This document shows, in pieces, positions 28,066 through 47,360 of a DNA stretch of 64,000 nt. The position numbers and the translations under genes are program-made. The notes beneath the pieces are model-generated. The model saw nothing but the letters and a program-made list of their open reading frames with translations. It searched no databases and was not told where the DNA came from. Origin of the DNA: Blastocystis sp. Blastoise (Eukaryota; Protista; Bigyra: Opalinata); the NCBI GenBank assembly GCA_039096225.1, contig JBBPEB010000032.1:310001-374000 (forward strand). Reading direction: 5' to 3'. Position 1 is the stretch's first letter; each line of letters starts with the position of its first letter.

Positions 28066-29444
28066 TTAAAAGTAAATAGGTCGTATATCTCTTTTACTTC
28101 GAATATTCTTTTTACATTTAGGACAACGTCTATTATCAAAAGGCATCTATATATTTATATATATAGATTATTTATATATATTGATTATTTTATATATAGA
28201 TAAAAAACAATAAATATGTAAAAAATTGTTTTTAAAGAATAATAAAATAAGAAGAGAACGGGAGATAATAAAATATAATATGAAAAATAATATATCAATA
28301 TATATATATATACATAATGAATAGCTTGTTCAATACAATTCTTACAGAATATATGTCCGCAGAGGGTAGTAACAGGTTTAGTAACAGGAGATAAACATAT
28401 AGGACATTCTATTAATGATGCTACACTATATATATATATAATATAATAATAATAATAAAATATATAAATTATAAAAAATAGTAAAAATTTATATATAAAT
28501 GAATTCATACATAGTAAATTATAAAAAAAAACAACTAAATAAAATATATTTCATATAGATATATTGATAAAAAATAATCATAATAATTATAAAAACATAT
28601 ATATATACTTAACATCTGGAGTAGGTGGTTTTACGGGAGTTTCTTGTGGTGTAGCCAATCGTTTTTTGGGGTTTACAGGTTTCTTTGATTTTATTGGACA
28701 TTTAATTTCAATAATATCTTCATCTTCATCATTATCATTATCATTTGTTAAGTCTATTGTTGTATCATTATTAGTAGAAGAATGTATTTCTTGATTACTA
28801 TTTTGTGATAATGATGATATTGTAGGATTCGATTCATCAATGAGTTCAACAATAGGACCATTAGATATATTATTATTCGATATAGAATTAAAAGGTATAT
28901 CCCCGTATAAAGTGGAATGTGGATCATATCTCAGTGGCATACTTAAAGGTATATTTCTAGAAGCGTTTCCTAAATATATATAAAAATTAATTTTTCAAAA
29001 AAAAAAAAAAAAAATTATTTTTATAAATTATACCAGAATTCGTGTTTGTTTGTGAATCATCATTAGTAAGATCTATTTCTGTAAGATCTACAGGCTCCTG
29101 TGGAGACTCAATAACACTTTCATCACTATCAAATTCATGATAATGTGGTTGTTGATCCAACAAATTCATAAGAAACTGAGGAATTGATGAGAGAAAACTA
29201 TGATGATCTGTTTCATTCATGATTCTACGATGTATAGGGTGTACGTGTATTCCAGCCATCGGCAAATATCTTAAATCGTTGTCAACAGCTATATAATAAA
29301 AGGATATAAATACTTCTGCATGATTATTAAATCAAATAAAGCTGTTTACGTACAATTATCTGAAAAAGAAACTTCAGGTGATGAAAATGAGTACTCACTA
29401 TCTCCCATTATGTCGTCATCAATGCTATCATCAATATCTGCCAT
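28066..29444 (-). CDS. RNF4/Slx8-like SUMO-targeted RING E3 ubiquitin ligase
   Basis: Several SIM-like motifs (PVDLTEIDLTND, PIVELID, TIDLTND, DIIEIK). C-terminal C3HC4 RING CPIC...CGH.FC..C...CPKC ending in RPIYF*, like the RNF4 tail. Confidence 0.8.
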
Positions 29445-29677
29445 TTTTTATATTATCTAAAAAAACATTAAATAAAAAAAAAATTTCTTTTTAAAAAGAA
29501 TAGAAGAATTATTCAGTTTGGGTGAATCGCATTTTAAACTATCTTTTTCGGCAGATTTATCCACTGAATAGTTCTGAAAATAGAAATCGAACTAGTATCT
29601 GCAAAATCATTTTATTTGTGTTTAACTAGCTTTTTAAAATAATAAATTGATTCTGGATACTCTTTTCGCATTCTGAA

Positions 29678-30273
29678 ATGAGTTCGAATAGATCATCAAT
29701 ATATTCAGCGTATCCTTATACCGAATCAACTCAATGGAGTGATAATGATTTGAATGTTCATGTTCTTTCATCAAATAAATTAATGAATGGAGTTCCTTAT
29801 AGTTCACATAGTATTCATTCATCATCGGAGTCGTCAATTATTTTTGAAGGTAGTGTTGGTTCTGCCTCTCTCTCTTCGTTTCCTATAACAGAGTCTTCCA
29901 TGTCTGTGAATAGTCATTTTATTCCTCCAGCTAATCAAAATCAATATTCAAAAAATCAAAATCCATTTGTTTTTGGACAAAATATTCCGTCTAGTTATTC
30001 TTATCATGATTCTTATAACCCAAATACTTTAAGTTATTATTCTTATCCAGAAACTATTGAAATATCCTCTCCAAATCATGATTCTCTTCATTCATATCCT
30101 ATTGAAAAATCACCTATTATAAATCATATTCCGATATCCACTGAAAATCAACAAGAAATTCCTTTGAACAATAATGATTCATCTTATGTTTTATCGAATG
30201 ACTTTCATGATTTCTTCTCTAATAATAATGTGAAAAATAATATAAATAATAATAATAAAAATATAAATAATAA

Positions 30274-30304
<31 letters not shown>

Positions 30305-31581
30305 AATAGTAATATGAATAATAATAATAATAATACGAATAATACTAGCAATGCTGATAACATTAATAATAATAATATGGATCAATATATTAAGAATTCC
30401 TTGGATCCCCCTATATATCTTCCTGAAGATACTTATTATACTTCTAGTGTATATTTCGATTCTAATGATATATATGAATATATGGATTATGTAGAAGAAG
30501 AGAAGAAGAAGAAGAAGAAAACAAAACCCTATTCTGATCCTCCTGCTTATTCTTTATTACATTTGAAACCACAACAAGTAGAAGCATGGCTTATCAAACG
30601 AACTATAAAGAAAACACACACCTATCCTGTATTTATATATATCTATTTATATATATAATATATATCTTATTATTATTGTATATTAAAACTTTATAAATAT
30701 TCTATAGTCTATTTCAATGCCAAAACAAGTGGCAGAGAATAGTAAAACATATTTATATATATATAAATATATGTCAACACAAATAATAAAGACATTCTTT
30801 ATTATTACAGACTTATTAAGAGTATTTTATATATTTATAATCTATTCAATAAATATATATATATAGTTATATTTATAATTTATTCAATAAATATATATAT
30901 ATAGTTATATTTATAGTTTATTCAATATATATATATATATAGTTATATTCGACATCTATTCAAAAACTTCAATCTACTTGTTTAGTTCCTCATTTATATT
31001 ATTTTCTTATTCCTCCATCTATTATACATTCTTTATTACGAAATTCAGATGATTTAAGCAGTCTTTCAGTTGTATCTTTAGATTCTATTATGTTTACACA
31101 AGAATTCTCTGTTTATTATGATTTTTATATTCAGAATATGAATGAATTACATAATAAAGAAAATATTATATTGAATACTATTCATAAAATATCTTCTTCT
31201 TCTTCTGTTTATAATACTATAGAAGTTGTTTTAGGTATGGTCAATATGGATCTATCTACAGCTTGTGATATTGAATATTCTCTTATTCTGTATGCTTTTT
31301 ATTTATTTATTATTTATTTTTTTATTATTTATTTTTTATTGATTTTTTATTATTTATTTTTATTATTCATCATTTATTTGTTTTATTATTTATTTGTTAA
31401 AAAAGTATTTTATTATTATAATTTTTATAGAGAGCATCAAAATGATATATCTAGTTTATTTATTGAAAAGAAATCAAAATTACTCAAAACAATTAATGAT
31501 CATAATCTCTTCATATATTATGTATCTCCAGAACTTTTCTCTAATTTATTTCCTTCTTATTATTTCTCTCTCACTCAATAA
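29678..31581 (+). CDS. Hypothetical protein, Ser/Asn-rich N-terminal half (about 4 exons)
   Basis: Long first exon followed by in-frame GT-AG joins (TYP|SISMPK, LLR|LYSTSIQ). No domain recognised. Confidence 0.65.
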
Positions 31582-31945
31582 TTATTCTTTTTTTTTAAAC
31601 AATAATTACTATTGTTTTAAACGTAATCAATATGAATTCTGATGAATTGCTATTTTAAAAATAAATAAATGTATTCAAATATATATAATAAGCTTTAACA
31701 CATAATATAATTTCTAATTATTAACATTTCTTTATGAGACAACTCATAAACATTTTTATTCATTATTAGATGAATGTATAGATATAAAGCAACATTCTAA
31801 AATTAAAAACAATTCATTATGACAACAAAAATTGAATTTAAAAAAAATATATAATAATAAGAAACAATCAGTCAATTTTCAGTCAGAATAATTCTTTTTC
31901 AATTTGAGTCATTTCAATACATTTATTAATAATAAAAATATAGCT

Positions 31946-33581
31946 ATGGAAATTGAGAAGAATTTAAATGATGAAGTGAGCGCTAAAAATGAGAAAGATG
32001 TTCAAGGCTTGCCTTGGGTTGAGAAATATAGACCTACTGAATTCGAAGAGATTGTATCTCATGATGATATCCTTTCTACAATTAATAAATTGATTGAAAA
32101 TAAGAAATTACCACATCTTCTATTTCATGGTCCACCAGGAACAGGAAAAACAACAACTATTTTAGCTTGTGCTCGAAAGATGTATGGTTCAAACTATAAA
32201 TCAATGACTCTAGAATTAAATGCTTCAGATGATCGTGGTATTGATGTTGTTCGTGATCAAATAAAAAACTTCGCAGGAACTCAGAAACTCTTTAGGTATA
32301 TTGAATAGATATTTTTTTTTCTTGAATATATATAAATTTTCTTGATAATATTATATATAGTTCAGGTGTTAAATTGATTATATTAGATGAAGCTGATAAT
32401 ATGACAAATGTAGCACAATTTGCACTTCGTAGAAGTATTTCTATTGTTATTTTTTTTTATTTGTTTTTATTATTTGTTGTTTTTTTTTATTTATTTGTTT
32501 TTATTCTATTTATTTATTTATTCTATTGATTTTATTGACTTTTTTCTTTATTAATCTTTATTATTATATATACTATTATATATATTAGTTATTGAGAAAT
32601 ATAGTCAGAATACTCGTTTTTGTTTAATCTGTAATTATGTGAGTAATATTATTCCTGCACTTCAAAGTCGTTGTACATATCCTTCTCTATATATTATATT
32701 TGAATTTTATTCTGTTTATATATATATTATTTTATTATTATGAATATATTTTATTGAATAATAATTGTCCTTTATTTATTGACTCGCTTCCGTTTCGCAC
32801 CGTTAAATGTCACAAAAATACGATCTCGTGTGGATACAATTATTAATCAAGAACAGTATGAAACTTATAATTCAATTGGCCCTATTTATTTTATTTTTCA
32901 ATATTTATAGTATATATACTATGTTCTATATAGTATAAATATTACAGAAGATGGTATCAACGCGTTATTAGAATTATGTGAAGGAGACATGAGAAAAGTC
33001 ATCAATCTTCTTCAAGTATATATACTTATTATATTTATTATATTTATTATATTTATTATATTTATTATGTTTATAATTATTCTATGTATTATTATTATTA
33101 AACTTATTATTATTAAACTTATTATTATAACCATATATAGGCAACTCACATGGCTTTTCCTATAGTAAATCAAGAGAATGTATATTTATGTTCAGGTTCA
33201 CCTTCTCCCGTGATTATTCAAAGTATTATGGATACTTTATTACAATCCTCTTTCAATGAAGCAATGAAAAAAATATCAGAAATCAAAGAATCACATCAAT
33301 TTGCACTTCAAGATATAGTTCCTTTAATTAGTAAAAAAGTTCAACAATTAGAATTACCTCCTCAAGTTCAAATCTATTTATATAAACAACTAGCAGATCT
33401 AGAGTATATATATATATATTGTTTTATATGTAATTATGTACGAGTATATACATTTTTATACTATTCTATATATTATACTAGATATCGTCTTGCTTCTTCA
33501 TGCCAAGAGTCTATTCAATTAGGCTCTCTAATCAGTATATTTATCCTTTCAAAACCTATGTTAGAAAATAATACACTATAA
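31946..33581 (+). CDS. RFC5: Replication factor C subunit 5 (yeast Rfc3 type)
   Basis: [51 protein letters not shown]|RFRFAPL and GDMRK..N.LQ. Confidence 0.95.
32677..32783 (+). other. U12-type AT-AC intron (107 nt, phase 2)
   Basis: 5' ATATCCTT, branch-like TCCTTTAT at 32768-32775 and 3' GAC. Removal restores the conserved SRCT-RFRF. No AG is available. Confidence 0.92.
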
Positions 33582-34613
33582 ATATGTTGATATTATTATT
33601 CATATGTTTTATTATATATGAATTATGAATTTTTTGTTATATATTGTATATTGATATGAATGAAATGATAACTGATAATAATATATTTTTACTTTCTAAT
33701 TATTAAAGAATATTTCAAAGATTATCATACATATATACAAAAAAAGTGTTCTATAATTATAATCAATAATGAAATATGTTTTTAAAATATTCATTTTATA
33801 GTTATTTAGATTCCTTTCTATACTAATCACAATGTTCTATCTCTTTTAAAAGCAGCAATCACCATTTATGCAAATTTTCACTATAATATGAATATTTTTA
33901 ATCAAAATTTTATGAATTATAAATTATATTATCTATTTAATATTCAAAACAGCAATAATAACGTTCAATACACATAAAAGCACGGATATCATCATATAAA
34001 ATCAGTTATAAATCATTGAATATACATTTATTTGAAACAACTCGTATTTTATCTAAAGATTATATTGAGAAATAAACTTTATATTGATTATATATCACCA
34101 AACTACTCAAAATATGAAAAAAAAATTTTGTGTGAAAAATACAATCTTCACTGTAATCATTTAGAATCCCGTTGGAAATATGTAAAAACATATAAAATTT
34201 ATTTTTCATTTATTATAAACAATAAACACATTTAAAATATTCTGAATCTCTCATTCATATTCTGAATATTAAGTAAATAGAACTGTTATCTTAATTTAGC
34301 AAACAACATAGATTTCATATCTTCCTGTTGAAAATCTGTTTCAATAGCAGCACAAAATATCTAGAAAATTCACATCAGCATATCTATATGTGATAATGTG
34401 GCCCATCTGAATCTGAATATAAGTGACATATGATAATTGAGTATTCAATTCCATTTATCGCTATTTCATTTACATAATCTTATTAAAAATTACATTGAAT
34501 CGCTGCAAACACTCTCAATTCATGATTATACTAATATACATAAAAAAAATATACTGTTTTTTCGATTTCTGAAAAGGGATATATATAATAATGATGATTC
34601 TTTCATTCCTTCA

Positions 34614-36495
34614 ATGTCAGCCTATTATTATGATTCATTTGACAAGATAAAAGGATTTGAATTGGATATACGAGTGTCTGTTCTTTACATTTGTTGTTAA
34701 ATTAACTAATAATATTGTCTATAATGTCGTCAATAGTATATAATTATTTTAAATGAATCTATTATTATCATGTAGATTGTTACTGACATTGAATTACACA
34801 GTCTAGATGAAGCAGCAATTATATTTTGTTTTTATTATTATCACATAAATAGATAAAAATATATTAGTTAAATCAAGAAAGAAAAATATTGAAGAAGAAG
34901 AACGTAAGAAACGTTAATAAATCAAGTATATATATATAAATAGTAAATAAATTATTCATGTAGTTGATAGTAATTCTTCGTCTATTAATTCGTCTCCTAA
35001 GAAATCAGCATGGAATACAGCCTATCATATATGTGTTCTAAGCTATTTATTTGGATTAAAAAGTAATTTATTTCTCTTATTTCCTAAACTATTGTTATTA
35101 ATATTTATATATAAATATAGAAAATAAGAGATATGTTGGTTTGCTTAGTATTTTTGGTTCAATGTTTATGATAGCAGTATATATTGATTTTTTTCATTTA
35201 TTTTATTTATTATTCTTCTTATCATTATTCTTCTTTCTAATATTTATAAACACTTGCTATTTCTATATAATTTATATAATAATAACATAATATGTATATA
35301 TATATAGATATATATTGTATTGACATTCACTGTTGGTTCATGTCCCTTGTCTCTATATACACAATCACATACTTATTTACCTTGTTCTACAAACTATCAA
35401 TGTCAAACGGTATATTATATAGATCAAGATAAAGTAGAAGAAGTTATTTTACCTGAAACTGGAACAGAATATAAATATTGTGACCTTCAAGCAGGTGGAT
35501 ATTGCAGGTATATATTTATCGTGCTCTATATATTGTTATATTGATATTGATACATATTAATTATTATTATATATAATGATAAAAAGAATAAATATATATT
35601 ATTTTAATTAATATTATTCTATTTTATTACTATTATTATTCTATATAGATATAAGAATTATGATTCTATTTGTTCATCAATTTTCTCTACAATCACACTA
35701 GGGGGTCTAGAAACAGGAAATGTATATATGTCTTATAAGAATATAGTTATTTAGATAGTTAAAAATATGTTAGATGTAGTTATATATATTATTTAATAAA
35801 GATATCTATTTCTTTATATATATATTAATGTCTTTTCTTATCATTCGATCACCTTCCTCATTTTATATAGTATTATTATTATTATTCTTTAGACTCCTTC
35901 TCGTCCTCTATCTCTATATACATATTCATGGTACCATTTGAATCTATTTCATATACTCACAAATATTCTATTATATATACCTCTCTCAATATCTATGGAA
36001 TCTATTACTTCAACTCTTCTTTCTATTCCGATTCATCTATGTACAGCTCTCAGTGGATCTCTCTTAATATTAACTCTATATAAATATAATACTGTAGTCA
36101 TTGGATGCAGTGCCATTGTTTATGGATTCATCGGCTTTATTTGTATTTTTAGGGTATTTATTAATGGCTTTTTTATTAATATATTCTTATTTATTAGTAT
36201 TATTCTTATTCATTCATTTACTTTTGATTAATATTATTTTTTATATTGATATATTCTTATTTATGAATATCATTCATATTTATTAATACAATATATATAT
36301 ATTTATTATGAATCACAACCACTATTATATCATCTATTTCATATTATTATAATATTTTTATTTCTATAGTTATTCAACCCTTTATATACAATTCACTATT
36401 TTTTATCGATACTACTATTTATATCTGTTTGTATATCCTTCTTTATTGAGTATTATTATATAACTGGAGTCTCTACAGAAGGTCATGTATATATA

Positions 36496-36544
<49 letters not shown>

Positions 36545-36930
36545 CTTTATATATATATATATAGATTGGTGGATTTATTGGTGGAATTATTCTTGCTTTT
36601 ATGTATACAACAATTGAAGACTATACTAATTGTATATTCAATTATCTATATATAACATATTCATAACTATTATTCTATTTATTTCATATATATATAGTAA
36701 AAAAAGATTATGAACAGTATCAAATGTATTGGATTCCAAAAGTTATTGTGAACTTCCTCCATAAGTATATTAATATATATATAATGATATAACAAATATG
36801 TTGATATACTATATTATAAATGATATATAGAACTAAATGGTATTTTAGATCTCTCGGTTGGCTTTTATTCTTCATTTATTTCTGTGGATTAATATCTTTT
36901 CATTTAGTCTATATTATATATACATATTAA
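34614..36930 (+). CDS. Rhomboid-family intramembrane serine protease
   Basis: HLNLFHILTN (HxxxxHxxxN), VIGCSAIVYG (catalytic Ser) and EGH|IGGFIGG (catalytic His). The 5' exons and start codon are less certain. Confidence 0.8.
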
Positions 36931-37547
36931 ATATTATGTATTTTTCTTAACAATATACGCCTTCTATCTCAAATTAAAGAGGAAAATATAGCAAATTACA
37001 TTTTTTAAATATTCTATTTGCTATTTACATATATATAAACATTGTCATACGTATTTTATGACTTTGTAATTGAATTATATAGTTATTAATCTTTGAAAAC
37101 ATTTTTCAAAAAGGAATACATAAATATTAACGTGAATAACAATATTCCTTAATTTTGTTTTATTCAATCGCTATACAAACAACCTTTGTGATAAGATTAT
37201 CAGCAAATATCATGAAAAGACACCATGAATACTCGAATTATCAAAAATATTTTTTTAAATAAGTGTATACTATAAAATACCATTCCAATCCTTCAATTTC
37301 TCTTTAGACACACTTGCTTCATATACTCAAATAAAACAAATACTATAAAACATAGTAAAAGAACAAAATCTTTAAAGAATCCAGTTATTTAAAAATACTG
37401 AATTTTTTTTGAAAATGACTGTAAATAACGAAATATTCATGGATATTTTGAGAGAAAAATAGAAAAGAAGATAAGAAATAGAAAGTTTTATTCAATAAGT
37501 TTTAAATCGCTATTTGAAATAATTATAAGAATTTAATAAAATTGGAA

Positions 37548-42591
<5,044 letters not shown>

Positions 42592-42836
42592 ATAATATAT
42601 AGTTTATATATATTTATATTTCATATTAATTCATTCATATGTATAATTTGCTATATCTTATTCATTTTTATTTTGTTAATAACATAATGATTATCCAGAC
42701 AAATTTGTTTAGAAAATTAAACTACTCAATTTGCTTAGAAAAATAAATTGTATCAATAATTCCAACAAAATTTTCACATATAAAACAAAATAAAGAATAT
42801 AAAATAAATTCACATTTTATGAAAGCAAAAGACAGT

Positions 42837-43200
42837 TTAATCAGTTTTAGCATCAATCTTCCTCCAAGCAACAGGATTCTTGTTATACATAGGCCAGTCA
42901 ATAACACAAACCTGTAGAAAATAAATTGAAATAGAATATGTCTATCTTATAAGGTTAATCACTAATACAGGTTGAAATACATATAGAATATATACGATAA
43001 AACTAATAGCCAAACCTGTAGCCCATATTAAGAAAGAATAATAAAAACTATCCATTGCTAATCCTACAAAGAATCCAACAACGGAAAAAAGGATTAATAT
43101 AATGAAATATAATTTTTCGGCAAGAGCTTGACCTTTATAATCCTATAAAAATAATCGATTCATAATGTTTAATGCAATTCTATCATATTAAACTTACCAT
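42837..43200 (-). CDS. SPCS1: Signal peptidase complex subunit SPC12
   Basis: M|DYKGQALAEKL, two TM helices, then DWPMYNKNPVAW. Three exons; the first coding exon is ATG only. Not in the ORF track. Confidence 0.88.
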
Positions 43201-43586
43201 AATGACAAAAACAAGACAAAAATGATGAAGAAAACAATAGAATAAAAACTAATCAGATGAAATTCCCATGAAATCTCTAACTTATTTACTGGAAGTTTCT
43301 AAAAAATCACAATTATTTTTTTGATTTTTTCTTTATGTTATGCTTCTTTTCCTGTTTAAAGAAATAATTATAAATATTGTGGTTGATAATTGATATTCAA
43401 GCAAGACTCTGTCTATTATAAAAATAGATAAATCAACAAAGATTAATGATTGTTGTCATTATTCATAGAAGAGTATATAGAGCATTTCTTGTATTATAAA
43501 ATATGGTATATTGAATATATTTTACAAAATAGAAAATATTTCTGTAGTAAGATAAACAAAACAAATGAAAAATATGTAATTATCAT

Positions 43587-44401
43587 TTATTCGTTTTTCT
43601 TTATGTCATTGAATAATTTGATTTCATTCCTATAGCATTGAAATACTTGTTCATATTGTTCAAATAATTCTTCTTTTTTAATTCCTACTAAACCACTTGT
43701 CGATGAACAAACATATATTTTACTAGCTATATATATATTATTATTATGAAAAAGAATAGAATTAGGTATATTATCTTATATTTCTCTTTTTTAATGTCTT
43801 AATATATTACATAACATTTGAAAAAAAAATGGATTTATAAAAATAATAAATTTTATTTATTTTATATATATACTTTTATATGGAAAGTTAATAGGTCTTT
43901 TTTCTTGTAATCCATTTTTCACATTTTTTCGTTCTTTTGGTGTTAATAATGATAGATATTGTCGTTTACCAGCAAATAACACTATTCTTGGTTCACATAA
44001 TGTAATATCATAATCCTGTGGATATTGTTGATCACGACATATTCTTAATAAATGATTATATAACCGCGAATAAAACGTATTTCGTTCATTCTCTAATGTA
44101 GACATAAGAATAGAATCTGCTTTATTTCCGTGGGAAACATCAATATCTACAAAACCTATATATAACATAAATAAATAAATAAAAATGAAAAAGTACATAA
44201 ATTCATTCACATAAAAAATAAATATATATATATACCTATTTTATATTTTTGGGGTAGACTATTTTGAGTATCAATTGTTAATGATGACGGTATGACTCCC
44301 TATATATATGTATAATAGAAACAGAATATATAAAAGTAATTCATTATATATCTTCATTAATTCTTCTTATTATAATAAGAAAAAAAAATTTAAATAATAA
44401 A

Positions 44402-44469
<68 letters not shown>

Positions 44470-45027
44470 GCCTCCGTTATAAAAATTTCCAGTTAATAAT
44501 TTCCACATTCTATTTGATGGATGACTATACATGTTTCCACTTTGCCAAGCATGATCGGAAGGATTATGACCTATTATTAATAGTACTAAACGGTCTTCTT
44601 TGATATGATGACAAATACAACTATGAAAAACAAAAAAAAATGATATATTCCTATATTTCTATTGAGAATGAATGTATATATATATATACGATTTCTTAAA
44701 ACAATTAAAACATGGAGATGAGAATTTTTCACGGTATTTTGCAGGAAAAGGAGCCACAAATGGATCAATATTGTCTGATTTTACAATTGTTGTTGTGTTA
44801 TTTGAAATACTCTTAGTATCACATTTTGATTCTTCACCTGTGGAAGAACCTAAAGATTCTTTTGATTTTTTAAACTCCTTGATAGGAACTTGAACAGAAG
44901 ATATTGTGTACTTTTCTATTATAATATAAAATAAATATAGAAAAATACTTTCACGGTCATATTGAAACTTTTGTAATTGTTGAATAAAATCAGAACAGTC
45001 ATTTTCATCCAAAGATCGTTTACTCAT
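43587..45027 (-). CDS. MUG/TDG-like (family 2) uracil-DNA glycosylase
   Basis: LIIGHNPS...SGNMYSHPSNRMWKLL (GxNP motif), PRIVLFAGKRQY, GLQ and IYVCSSTSG. Six exons. Confidence 0.8.
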
Positions 45028-45257
45028 TTTCTATACACAAATAGTAATTTCATAAAAAAGATGTAATCATTGTATTCAAACATTTATTTAATTGTTTAAA
45101 ATTCAAACTAAGGTCTTCTGTGCTAGAAATGATTAAACTAATATTTGTATTCTTTTGACTGGAAATATCTGAAAAAAAAATAGTAAAGCTACAAACCGAT
45201 TCAGAAATAATTTTCAGAAACGAAAATTTTTTTATTTAATTAACGCTTTTTGGCAAC

Positions 45258-46207
45258 ATGAATTATGATTCTGAATCAATTAAGTATTTAGAAGAATGTG
45301 GGTATGCTGTGAAATATTTTATGAAATCTTCAACGAAACCCAAACAAGAAATAGCTCCTCATAAACCAAATCTACCAAGTATTTCTATATATGATGATTT
45401 AGATATATCTTTAAATAATGGTTTATCATGGAATATGAATGATGATTCTGTTCCTCTGGAGTATAAAACGAATATGAGTCAAAATGGAACTTCAAATCAA
45501 TATATAGATATTCCTATGACTCCAGAAGAAGAAGAAGAAGCAAGAAAGTTAGAAGAAATAGCCAAACGTGCCGAAAGTCGTCATCAAATAAAAAATGACA
45601 CTATTGAAAATCAAAAAGATAATAAAAATATTGAAAAGAAAACTGAACATTCTCAAACAGAGGAAAAACAATTTGATATAAATGATAATAATGATAATAG
45701 TTCGTCACTACATAATAAAGTTGCTCATGAACTTGGATTACAATGCACGTGTCCCGTTTGTTGTCCATTAGTTGGAAATGAAACAGATGTATATTGTCAA
45801 TTATGTAAGGTATGTATATAGTTGTTATTATATAATATTTCTACTTTATAGGTATTTATTATTATTTTTTTTTATTTATAAATCTATTAATCATTATGAA
45901 AATATAATATATATATTTCTATTTATTTATATATTCTTATAATATATTATATATATATAGATGAAAGTACCTCCAAAAGAATGGATGGATCATATATATA
46001 GTATATCTCATCAATATAATCAAAATCAGAATATTCATGTATCACCTATTGAAATATCTTCTACTAATAAAGGATATCAATTATTAGAGAAGTTAGGATG
46101 GAATAAAGACAAAGGATTAGGTAAAGAAGGAGAAGGACGAATGGAGCCAGTTCCAACAAGGTTAAAATTAAATCGACTTGGTGTTGGAAGTCAATTTGAA
46201 GCGTATA

Positions 46208-46247
<40 letters not shown>

Positions 46248-46728
46248 TTATTTTCATATGTTTTATATTTGTTTTTTATGTTTTGTTTTTTATATTTTAT
46301 TTTTTATATTTTGTTTTTTATATTTTGTTTTTTATATTTTGTTTTTTAATAATATATACTATTCTATAATCTATATAGTCCCTTAAGAGTAACACATTTT
46401 CCTGCTTATAATGAACAAGAAGTATTAAGAAAAGGATATTGTCAAGCAGAAGTCATGCAATATGTATATATTATTATATATTATTATTACTATTATATAT
46501 TTATTATTATTATTATTATTATTATATATTTATATCTATATTTATATTATTACTATTGCCTTTATACCCAATTATATACAATATCTTATCATCTATTTAT
46601 AGGGTAAGAATACAGTGGAACATAGTAAAATAATGAAGAAATTACAGAAAGAAAAAGAACAAAAAGAGCAAAGAAAAAGAATTCAACGAGAAAATTGGCT
46701 AAAAGATGAATTTCGTCAATGGAAATAG
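45258..46728 (+). CDS. G-patch domain protein with a C2H2-like finger (GPANK1-like C-terminus, no ankyrin repeats)
   Basis: YCQLCK...H..SISH, NKGYQLLEKLGW...GLGKEGEGR.EPV and RVTHF. Confidence 0.8.
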
Positions 46729-46964
46729 ATTTAAAAATATTTCAAATTCTTTTTTTTTATTGTTTTTTTATTATTTTATTTTTCATTTTGAAAATATTTA
46801 AATAATCTATTCATTTTTGAAATTAAAAAACATAATTATTATTTTATCTAATAAAAATTATTTTAATAAAAAAGAATAGATTTAATAAATAGGACAAAAC
46901 AACTATACACACTAGACAGAGGAAATAATGAATAATGGCATTAATATATATTTTAAAAAGGAAT

Positions 46965-47360
46965 TTATTCGCTTTGAATGATAGGTTGACGAATTACAGC
47001 AAAATGGAATTCAGTACCAGGTCGAATTAGAATATCTTTCTTTGTACTTCTTAATTGAATGAATTCAACAGGATCCTAAAGAATAGTATTTGATAATGAT
47101 TATTGACTATGAATTGTTTATTAGAAACATACATTTTGTAAATATTCTTTTGATGATTCAGCAAAAACAGTCAATTGCTAAAAAACAATATTATATATAA
47201 TTAACCATATAATTCATACTTTGAATACAAGTGTAGCAAGAGGTCTTACTTCATCATCAGATAAATTAGAACTGACAACATTACCTTCTTTGTTTAAAAT
47301 AATATATCCATCAACACCTTTATAGTTGCTAATTCTCTTTAAAGTTTCATCAAGTTCCAT
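46965..47360 (-). CDS. DYNLRB: Dynein light chain roadblock/LC7
   Basis: MELDETLKRISNYKGVDGYIILNKEG...FIQLRSTKKDILIRP. Three exons. Not in the ORF track. Confidence 0.8.

Noticed and set aside
29289-29353. ATATCCTTTT inside the first intron of the RNF4-like gene
   Set aside because: It lies near the 3' end of an ordinary GTACGT...TAG intron that restores the frame.
29709-36440. RTATCCTT words near 29709, 32067 and 36433
   Set aside because: All lie inside continuous, sensible reading frames with no branch or 3' partner.
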